The translations under genes were made by a program, and so were the position numbers. Shown here one piece after another: positions 1 through 9,800 of a stretch of DNA of 23,026 bases (position 1 is its first letter; each line of letters begins with the position of its first letter). The DNA comes from Caecitellus pseudoparvulus (taxonomy: Eukaryota > Protista > Bigyra: Bicosoecida), in NCBI GenBank assembly GCA_965644315.1, contig CBFFRQ010000172.1:1-23026 (forward strand). The letters are read 5' to 3'. Below the pieces are notes generated by a model, which saw only the letters and a list, made by a program, of their open reading frames with translations, made no database searches and had not been told where the DNA came from.

Positions 1-2
1 GA

Positions 3-3000
3 CACCCCCGGAGACAAGTTCACACTAGGGACCAATATTCGGGTTGCAATGGCGCCCCATGATGAGATGCAGCTTAAGTCTGCGCCAAAGTCGGCGTAAA
101 CACCCGCGGCGATGTTCAAGATGGTCGAGCCTTCAGATGCAACTGCCCCTGGAGCGAGTGGCAGAGTTCGACAAACGACAGCTTCCAACGCAGCAATGCC
201 AGAGGCGTCATCAAAGTGGCCAACCAGCGTGACGTTCAGCACGCCTTGCGGTGCTTCATGTGTCAAGGACACACTTGCACTTGCCTGCTCAGGAAAGGAT
301 GTGTCCACGCGAACACATGCAGCCGTTCCAGCCACAAACAGTCCGGCAGAGTTTGAAACGTTGAAATGTGGGCAGTACAGGCCATCTTCGTCGACAGGAG
401 TGCTGGAAAGCGAACCACTAGATCCCTGGATGAGGGCGTAAGCACTCGGCACGCTCGCCCAGGCCTCGCCATCTGATGTCAGCCATTCAATCTCGATGGA
501 ATTCAACGCGGAGTGTTCCTCAATGAAAGCCCCAGTCAACCAGGACATGGAAAGGGCTGTGTCTGAGGTGACTTCCTCTGAAATGCCGGGAATTGTGCCT
601 GCAAAGATGAGGCTGGCGTTCAAGACAGGAGGGGACCTGTCAACAGTGAATGGCCCATGAAAGCTACGAGTCTGCAGACCCGCGTGGTTTTCGGCAGTGG
701 CAGTCACAAACACTTCTTGGCCGTCGTTGGCAGCTGCAAGGCTTCCGAGGTTGACAGCTTGGGCAACGTCGTTACCGAGCCCAGTCGCCACATCACCCAA
801 TCCTGGGGAGCTTCCGACTTGGAAAGAGACGGATGCGAGACCGCTTTCGGGGTCTCGGAAGCCATCCAAGATCGCGAAGACTTCAGCAGTTGAGACCCAA
901 GAGATGCTATCCCACGCAACATCCGTGCTGGTCGCGCCAGAAGTAGGGACAGCCAGAGTCACTGTACCTGCCACAGGTGGGGTCGACTCCTTCGTGAGCG
1001 CGCCTGTTGCGACTGACTCCAGTCCAGCGGAATTCGAGCAATGTGCTTCCCACATCAACACAGAACCGTCTGGCACAAGCATACCTTGGTGCTTCAAAGA
1101 GACAGCATACGGTAAGTTGGAGAGCATGGCGCCCCACTCAGCCGCTGGCTCCAACGAGGCAGGACTCCGCCCCGCCAATACCGCGCAAGTGACTGACGTC
1201 TCATCCGAGACTGCAAGCTGGAGTGCGGGCATGCTGGCGTTGTGAAAGAACATACCAGAATCTGTTGTCGAGAGCAGTCCTGTGACATTCACTTGCACTA
1301 GCGGAGGGGTGACGTCCAGAAGAACGCCATCGCTGACGGACACTGCTGGGGTAAGGTCTCCGTACTCTGCGACTACTTTGGTGAACACCCGCCCTCCTCC
1401 TTGAAGGCTCAACGGTGTTGCTGCAACCCCATAAGCGTTGAACCTGGCATCTTGCAAGGGGAGCACGTCACATGCGCAGTCTGGGCCAAGCGCGGTGCTG
1501 CTGCACAGGCACCACTTGTAGGAGATCCGCGCTTGCGGAATCTCAGCGAGAGAGAAGGGCTCCCAGCTGGCATGGAATGCATCTGAAACAGGCAAGGCCT
1601 CGTTGTCGTGCATGTTCGCCCCATCAAATACAGTTCCAATCTGAATGGCTCGGTTGCGAACTGGAATGGCTGGCCCAGTGGCGAGCTGGGACTGCTGCCC
1701 CAGAGAGTTGGTGCACACTACGCTCACAGCCAACAGTTTGACGTCCCAGGTTGACACACCCGACCAAGAGGCTTCCATGGTTCCAAAAGAGGTGACACCG
1801 CTGCTCATGGGTGGCAGGTCTGGCAGAGCTTCATCGGCAGCTGAGCCATCGCCCACCCAAGCAGCATGGAACGTGGCACTCGTGATGCCGGACTCGGGGT
1901 CGGAGCACCCAGAGAAGCGTACAGAAAGAACCGCGCCGTCAACTTGAGCTGGGTACGTTGTCTGGCTCGCGGCGTTCTGTGGCAAGCGCACTGAGGCTTG
2001 CAGGGCAGAGACGGCAGATGGAACTACAACAGGGGGTGTGGTGTCAACTGTGACTCCGTCACTGCTGAACGTCGCAGCATTGCCTGCGAGGTCCTGCACA
2101 CGGAACGTTGCATACACAGTTCCTTCGGTCAAAGCTGCCTGGAGACTTCCGCGGCACACCAGGTTGCCAGCTTCGCGCTCAACTGCCGTGAAACTTTCAG
2201 AGGCCACGTCGGCCAGGCCTGGCAGAGAGCCAAAGTAGCACGACGCGTTGCCAACGCCAGATACTGTGTCCATGACCGAGACGAGGACAGCTGACATCTC
2301 CTGAAGGCTCACAACGCTTCGCAAGTCTTCTGCGGCATCGGCTCCATCCACCACCGCTTCTGCCACGGGCGGAGAGTCATCCAGGCCAAATGCCGAGCTG
2401 AAACCTTGCGATACCAGCCCGGCAGAGTTGGTTGCGCTCACTGCGATCCTAAACGTGCCAGCCGACGAGACTTCTAAGGCGGCACAGGAGACCTGTCCGG
2501 CTGGGAAAGTCCGGGACTCGACCTCCCAAGCGTCTCCAGTCCGGCGCTCGAGCCAAAAACGCTGCGACTCAATCTCCGACACGTCCTCTGTGCACGACCA
2601 ACAGAACTGTTGGAATCCCTGCTGAGTCACCCATGCGGCATTGGACGAGTCAGTTAGCTGCACTGAGGTGCAGATTGGTGGCGTGGAATCCACAGTCACA
2701 CCATCAGACATGACTTGAGTGGCAAGCCCCGCGGAGTTGATGGCCTTCACCTGCATCGCGTACTTGGTGGCGTCGGTGAGGCCTCCAGGCACCAATGTGG
2801 CCAGCACATAGTTCCCCAGGAGCACTGCAGGAAGCCATTGCCCGACTGGTTCAGGTGCTCCTGAAGCTGGGACGAGCACGGGCCGCATGAGCACTTCATC
2901 GATGCTTGTTTCACCGTCCACAAAGGACGCCGTGGCAGTCAGATGGGTGGCGTTGGAGGTGAACTGCACATCCTCAGCCCCTGCTCCATCCTGTGGCTCG

Positions 3001-6000
3001 AACAGCGACAGGGGGGGCGTCGAGTCCACGATGACGCCGTCTGAGGTGCAGACGCCGACGCTGCCCGCACCATTCGTGACAACGATCACCGTGTACAGCT
3101 TCTCACCAGAGGGCAGCAGCACCCCCTGCTCCATGAAGTGGGCAGCTTCCCGAGCACTGGCGGGAGCGTCTTGCAGAGGCAGGAAGTCATCTGCCCCTTG
3201 CAGTCGCCCGATGCCGTACTGCACACGCGCGACGCCGGACTCGGGGTCGGTAGCCGACCACTGCAACCAGGGCAGGAAGGAAGAGGTGAAGTCCTCGTCA
3301 ACGCCCTTCACAGGGCCGTCCCATGCGAAACACGAGGGGGGCGTGGTGTCCACACTCACCGGCACGGTGGATACTGCGTGGGACATGCCGATGCCGTTAA
3401 CGGCTCGCACCAGTCCGTACACTGTCTGCCCATGCGCCAGATCCAGCCCCACCATGGCGGCCTGGGTGGACAGCGTGCCGCGTGTGAAGAACACGATGTC
3501 AGCTGCTTCTGGCGTGGAGCCCAGCCCCACATCGTACCGCACAATGCCAGTCTGGTTGTCCGCGAAGCCCGCCCAGTGCAGGGTGAAGGTGGACGTGCTG
3601 GAGATGAAGGTGCCTGAGGCTGGTGCGGCACCTGCCAGACCCAGACGGGCCCAGGCAGCGCCATCCACAGGCCCCGTGTCGTCGATGAAAATACCGTTGC
3701 TCCAGACACTGGTGGCCTGGCCTGCCTCGTCCACGGCAGTGACACGCGTGAAGTATGTCTGCTGTGGAGTGAGCGGGTCGTCTTGCAGGTCCAGCACCGT
3801 CCACTCTAGCAGCCCGACACTGTGGTCGGGCACGACGTCACAGGGGCCGTCCGCGGCGGTGGCAGCGCAGACACGGAAGTCCACGATGGAACTCTCCAAG
3901 TCCAGGAAGTTGGCCCAGCTGATGACCAGCACCTCCGTCATGCTCTGTGCGACAGCGTCTGCGGTGCCAGGCATGCCGTCCGTCACAATGCCTGGCAGGG
4001 GGGGGCGGGTGTCAATGAGGAGCGTTGTGGACAAGTGCGTTGCAGTCCTCTGCAATGCCTCATTGTAGCACACCACTTGCGCATGCACGCGCCCTGCACC
4101 AGGTAGATTGTGACCAGCAAGAGACACCCAGTGCCTGGCTTCGTGCTTCGGGCCTGAACGTTGGGAAGCTGCCACGCTCGCACCAGATTCCAAGTCAAGC
4201 CCTGTGTTCTTCACATCTGTGACCACGACTGGACCAGGGGATGGTTCATGTAGCCATGAAGTCGCCCCTGATGAAGTGGTGAACTGCCCGGCGGGGATGA
4301 GAGCACGGTTGACAATGTCTGTGCCACCGGCGTAAGATCCAAGTGACAGCTGGCAAAGCAAGTTGCCAGATTCGGGCTCTGCCACGTGCCAAGAAAACAC
4401 AGCCACGTCTGATGAGCTTCCGATGACACCAGCACCAAGGCTGCTGTTCGTCGCCATGATGAGATCGGACACCTGCGGCGGTGTCACATCGACCAACACA
4501 CCATCGGACACGCTGCTACTCAGCGCGCCTGCACCGTTCCTCGCTTCAACATGGAACGAATAGCGCTTGCCATGCTCCAGCGTAGCTGGAATCAAGGCAG
4601 AGTACAGGGCTTGCCGTCGGACGGCTGGGATGGTGAAAACCTCAGAAACAGCTTGACCCGACGCCACATCAGAAACCCACACTGAGTATGACACGACATC
4701 CGATTCGGCATCGGCCGCGGGTTCCCACGAGCCAGCATACAGTGTGGACTGCCCCTGCACCCTTTCATTCGCGAGTGTCGCGTTTCCAGTCAGTGCAGCC
4801 AGACCCGGAGACGCAGGAGCGCCATCGACGACTGCTCCCATGTCTGGGGCGGTGGTATCGATAACAACCCCCGTCGTTGACCTCCATGTTGACACACCAG
4901 CCACATTCGTGGCTTTGATCGTGGTGAAGTATGTGGATCCATGGGCAAGCGCATGTGGAAGGTCTCCCCACGTTCGCTGCTGCACTGTTGCGTGCAGCCT
5001 CACAGGGCCCGCAACGTCGAAGAACGACGCAATATTCTCCACCCCAGCACAGGCACCGCTGTCGGAGAGCTGCGTGATAAGGTTCAAGCGGTGAGGATCC
5101 CGCGCCAGCAGGGCGGAGGGCAGGTCTCCACGCTCGAATGCCACGACATCTGCGCAAGCTTGCAGCGACTCATCAAAGGGCTTGGACCCGAGGAACACAT
5201 CCACGTGCGCGACCTCCGAGTGTGGTTCAAAGAAACCACTTTCCCAGCTAGATCGCAGGGAAGTTGTCGACTGCTGCGCTCGAATCGCAGTGGCCAGGGA
5301 GCACCCAGATGCCTGCACTCCACAAGAGAAGAATCGGTGCTGCCCGTCAGCCTGGGGCCCGGAGGGGTCGTACATGGTACCGTCATGCACTTGCCAGCGT
5401 TCACCACGTGCTTTATTGGCAACTCTAAGAGTGACAAATCCAGTGGTGTGGGCCGGCCAGTCGACGTTGCGCAGGACGGACTCCTGCTGCAACGCTTGAG
5501 GCAGTGGCGTCCAGTCCACCAAATCGGTGCCACCTGGGGACGTGCCGAAGCCTATCACGATGCTGTCCACGCCGCTCTCGGCATCCCATGACTGCCACAT
5601 AATGTGCAGCAAGTCAATGTCTGAGATGAATGCGGTCGTCGTCCGTGCCACTTGCGTTGCAAGCAAGGCAGGCTGGGGAAGGTCTCCAGGTGACGTGGAG
5701 GGCTGGCGCTCAACACGGTTGTAATCCACATTCACTTGGCGTGACGAAAGGCGCAGCGACTTCACCTCCGGGGGCGATGAGTCTACAACAAAGCCGTTTG
5801 AGAAGCTCTCACGAACCGCCCCAGCAGCGTTCTGAGAGATGATGCTCCACCTATACGACAGTCCATCTCGAAGGTGCAGGCTGGGAGGCAGGGCAGTTTC
5901 CCAAGCCCGTGCACTGCCAATGTAGGCATGCTCGCTGTTTCCCTCACCAGAGCCTGGGAGCATCATCCGGCCTGTTTGCACCTCCTGCACATTCACCCAG

Positions 6001-6830
6001 AAGTGCTCTGTTGGCGTTCCCTCCGCATCATCAAAAGGGCCAAACGAGATGCTGAGGCGCTCAGCCGACGGCCAGTGCGAAACATCTTCCTCCACACCCC
6101 ATCCAAACTTACCCCCACTCTCACTGATGAAGCCCGCCCAGGAGCCAGTCGTGTCAATAAAGATGGGGTGGCTGGTGTACCACCCCCGCAAGCCAATGTG
6201 GTTGGCTGTGCGGATGTTTACCCAGTAATACTTGCCATGTTGCAAGTCCAAGCCGCCCGCTTCAGCGTAGTACCAGGCAGGTGATTTCTCCTCCATGAAG
6301 TCAGCATATCCAACATCAGACCACGGGAGCACATCATCCTTCCCTGGGCCCGAACCGACTGCGAACTCGACCAAAGCTATGCGGCTTCCTTCTGCAAGCT
6401 CTTGCACCTTGAACCGCACGAGAAGAACCTCCGTGGCATTCGTGACCTGGAAGTCGCCATACCGGATGTAAGCTTGTGCGCCCGTGTCCCACACTTCCAA
6501 ATCTCGCACCTCAGGTCCAGTTCGATCGCAGGAGAATCGCGTCGTAGTGCCGGAACGCAAACCTGCAGTGTTGGTTGCAAACACGGACGCGAATGCCGGG
6601 CGTGACTCGCCTGGGCAGTCGACGGAACTAAACGTGAAGGAAGAAAAGTCCATACCCGTGTAGTACTCGCCAATATCCTCGCGCATGGGAGCAGTGCCAA
6701 GGGCCACTGAAAACTCTCGAACATAGCTCTCCTGGTCCACGAAGCCTCCCCACTCTGTCTTCACTGTCACTGCGTCTTGCTGCTCGACGTCCACGACAGC
6801 CGTGCTCGTTAGAGCGGCTGTTGAGTCTGG
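3..6830 (-). repeat. Tandem array of >=19 divergent FN3/Ig-like beta-sandwich repeats (about 100-170 aa each) within the CDS
   Basis: Recurring protein consensus D-x-[ST]-P-P ... W-x-G-F-x-D-x-E-S-G-[IV] ... G-[ST]-x-P-G-x-x-D-[VI] ... L-x-H-G-x-x-Y ... A-x-N-x-A-G-L ... S-D-G-V-x-V. Boundary motifs lie at about 6826, 6526, 6154, 5782 (VDSSPP), 5368, 4858, 4489 (VDVTPP), 4012, 3682, 3349 (VDTTPP), 3025 (VDSTPP), 2689 (VDSTPP), 2380, 2044 (VDTTPP), ~1655 (degenerate), 1315, 988, 640 and 304. That is 18 complete units plus one cut by the window edge. Confidence 0.88.
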
Positions 6831-9800
6831 AGGAAGGCGACACACTTTGAAGAGAGGAATGACGTGCCAATCATCACCGAAGGGCTTGTACTTTGCAATT
6901 GTGAACCGGTGCTCCTTGCACTTTACGATGCGGCAGTATGGTACCCGGATGGAGAACCACCGGCCCAACTTGATCTTGCGGCAGCAGTAGCAACGAATGC
7001 ACAATCTGAACGCATAGTAAAACTCGACCGCAATGCTGGGATACTGCAGGGCCAGATCCATCTGCAGACAAAGGTCGACCTTCCCTGCTGGGTTGATCTG
7101 CAGCGAAGCTGTTGGCACCACTGCGAGGGAAAACAGCCTCACCCGCGCCTGCACTCCTGCCACCCCAATACCAAAGTCAATCTCAATGCCAGCCGCAAAG
7201 TATGGAGTCGCAGACGGGATGAGTGATACAGCGAGGAGCTTCTCCTTAAGCAACAGTGACACATCCAGATCCACCTGGACATCCACTCCTGCTGAGATGG
7301 ACAGGAACAACGGCACAATTGGAGGGCCAAGAGGGAACCTTAGTTTAAAGAACACAAAACTCTGGGACATTAGAGTGTTCTTTGCACTGATGGCAGAATC
7401 AAACTTCGGATCACGCGCGCCGACAGCTTGCAGGACACGCGAGGAGCCGCGACGAACGACCTGGTGCGTGTCTGCAACGCGAACTCCAGATCGCCGGGAA
7501 GAGTGGTGAACGACAAGGCTTGGCGTGGACAAATGCGCATTTCGCACACGTAGCTTGCGACCATCTACTGTGCGAATCGTCACTGCAGCTCGGGGCAGCT
7601 GGTGCGCGGCAAGCCCAGCCGCTTGCGTCAGAGACCGGCCATGAGCTGCATCACGTGCAAGCTCATCCAACGTTATGGGCTCTGCTGCATCTTCCACCTC
7701 TGCTCCCACACTGCCCAAGCTCCGGCGCGTTTCACAGAGCGGATCACCTTCGATCGGCAGTAGGCATCGAGGGCCAACGTACGAATGCAGGGAGAACGGC
7801 GGAGTAGGCTGGCGCACCTTCAGATACAGCACATTTTCGGTAAACTGAGGGTTTACGTTGCGTACAGTGGGCAAGAGGAACTTGTACACCGTGTCATCAG
7901 TCAATGCTCCAATGCGTTGCACCTGGTCAAAGTTGGCGTTCGCACCCGTAGACGTGACCATTGCGGCGAACGTCACATCAGTACCATCGTACAGGGCAAG
8001 AGACTCGACACCTGCTGGGACACGCATTTTCAGCGTAGCTGTGCCCAAAGACGCGCCGTCGTCTTCTTGGTTCTGGCCCGCACTGGAGTCCTGCCCGCGC
8101 CGCTTTCGCAGGGAAGCAGGCGCTTTGCCGCTGCGGAGCACCCACTGCCCCACCGGGAAATCCTCAAGCTCAGCCTTCGTCTTCATACGGCTGAGAACAC
8201 TGGGGTCTGGAAGAGATAGATCTGAACTCATGTCTGATGGCAAGAGCTGGTGGAAATCCAGGGTGCAGTGTGAGCCCGCACGGGTGTATGTGCAGCGAGT
8301 CAGCGCCATGTTCACGAAGCCAAGCTGCTTGAACAGCATCACACCCTTCGCCCGAGCTCCAGATTGAACGATAAGGTTCGGGGCCAAGACGACTTGGCCG
8401 TCCACCTCGTAGGTGAGTCCAAGTGTGGCAGCTCTTGGCAATCCATCGAAACCCAGCGCAAAGCCCACAGTCCACCCCATGTTGCACTGCAGCCAGGCGT
8501 TGTGCCGATCTCCTTCAGCTTCATCAGCGTCTTCTGCGCCGACGGAAAATGGCCCGTAGGGACCCTGTGCACAGAAATCCGCACTGTACTCGCCGTCCAC
8601 AGTGTGGTGCTCCGCCACACGGCGAGAGTAGGAGTACATCAGGGGAGTCGAGGGCGTGGACCTTGCCAGAGGCTCGTCAGTAGAGGCAGGCCCACCTGCC
8701 CCAGCAGGAGGCAGCCATCCTGAAAGTTTGTTCAAAAAGCCACCGACCTGTGGGCTTGTCTGACTCTCCCCTGGTTCTTCCGCTGGGGATGCGGGATCGC
8801 CTGGTTCATAATACTCGCCCACCCACAGCGTTCCGTGGAAGCCGAAGGCTGTGCGATCATAGAAAAGAGCATTCGCCTGTACATCAACTTCGAACGGGCC
8901 ATGCGCTGCCATGAGTTCGACCACAGGGTCGGAGTTTGACAAGAGCTGCTCCGCAACTTTCCAATCGAAGGCCATGATGTGGTTTTGCCGGGCACTTGCT
9001 GGGATGCTGTCTTGCACGTGATCGATTGCTGTCTCGTTGACAGCATCAGAGCACACCCACAGCAGGCCGTGATCGCGGTCCAGGGCCAGGTCTGCCACAG
9101 AGCCGAAGTACGGCGTGCCGTCAGGCAGCTGCAGGGAGAATGTCTTCAAGATCACTTCGTCGTCGTTCATGACGACGATAATGCTTGGCGTGGCAGCGTT
9201 CTTGCCTGTCCCGTGCATACTGACTGCCAGTCGGCGGTAGTCGAGGGCCTCAACCCCCTGCGGCATCCAATCCTCAACCAGCCCAGGGAGAGTCACGTGC
9301 CAGTTGTCACCCCGGCAAGGGTACCCTCTGATCTGGCATGATCCGAATGCGGGTGGGAAAGTTTGGTACCAAAAATGGGTGTACTTGAGGGCCATGAGTG
9401 ACGTGAACACAGCTGAGCGACGAGGAACTACGTGGACACACGGGTCCCCTGCATCACAGGGCGGCTTCAGATCAGCAGGATCAATAACACCGTTCGGCGT
9501 CCCACGCCCCAGCACCCGCCGGGATTGCTCTGCAAAGTCTGCTATGCCGTCAGCGATGTCCTCCACAGTGTCACGGGCAGGGGAAATGTCGTTCACTACA
9601 TCTTGAACGCCATGCAGTACATCCAAGGCCAGCTGTGGTACTTTCACGAACTGATCCCTGGCCAGGAGCACGAGCTTCTCAGCTGTGCCGCGGATGTAGG
9701 AGACGACACTGTTGAGCGAGTCAACGACAGTTGTGCGGAATGTAACGAAGAATTCCAACGCCATTCGCAATGGGGACAGAACAAAGGCTGCGACTTCTTG

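Noticed and set aside
2887-4068. Longest listed ORF (393 aa, + strand) and the many other + frame-1 ORFs (e.g. 697-1245, 9841-10602, 14167-14955, 21892-22560)
   Set aside because: These are antisense shadows sharing the wobble position with the giant minus-strand CDS. Their translations are Ser/Thr/Pro/Ala-rich and motif-free, and the longest coincides with the high-GC3 block.
5124-5132. RGD motif in an FN3-like unit (also CRGDN near 9310)
   Set aside because: One or two RGD tripeptides are expected by chance in 7,674 aa, and there is no evidence for an integrin context.
6107-6112. GTAAGT splice-donor consensus on the minus strand
   Set aside because: The read-through translation fits the FN3-repeat consensus and normal repeat length, so no intron is needed.
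7140-7340. Hydrophobic stretches that could be read as transmembrane helices or an outer-membrane barrel
   Set aside because: The alternating pattern with interspersed charges fits a soluble amphipathic beta-sheet. It is internal to the protein and lacks a terminal barrel signature.
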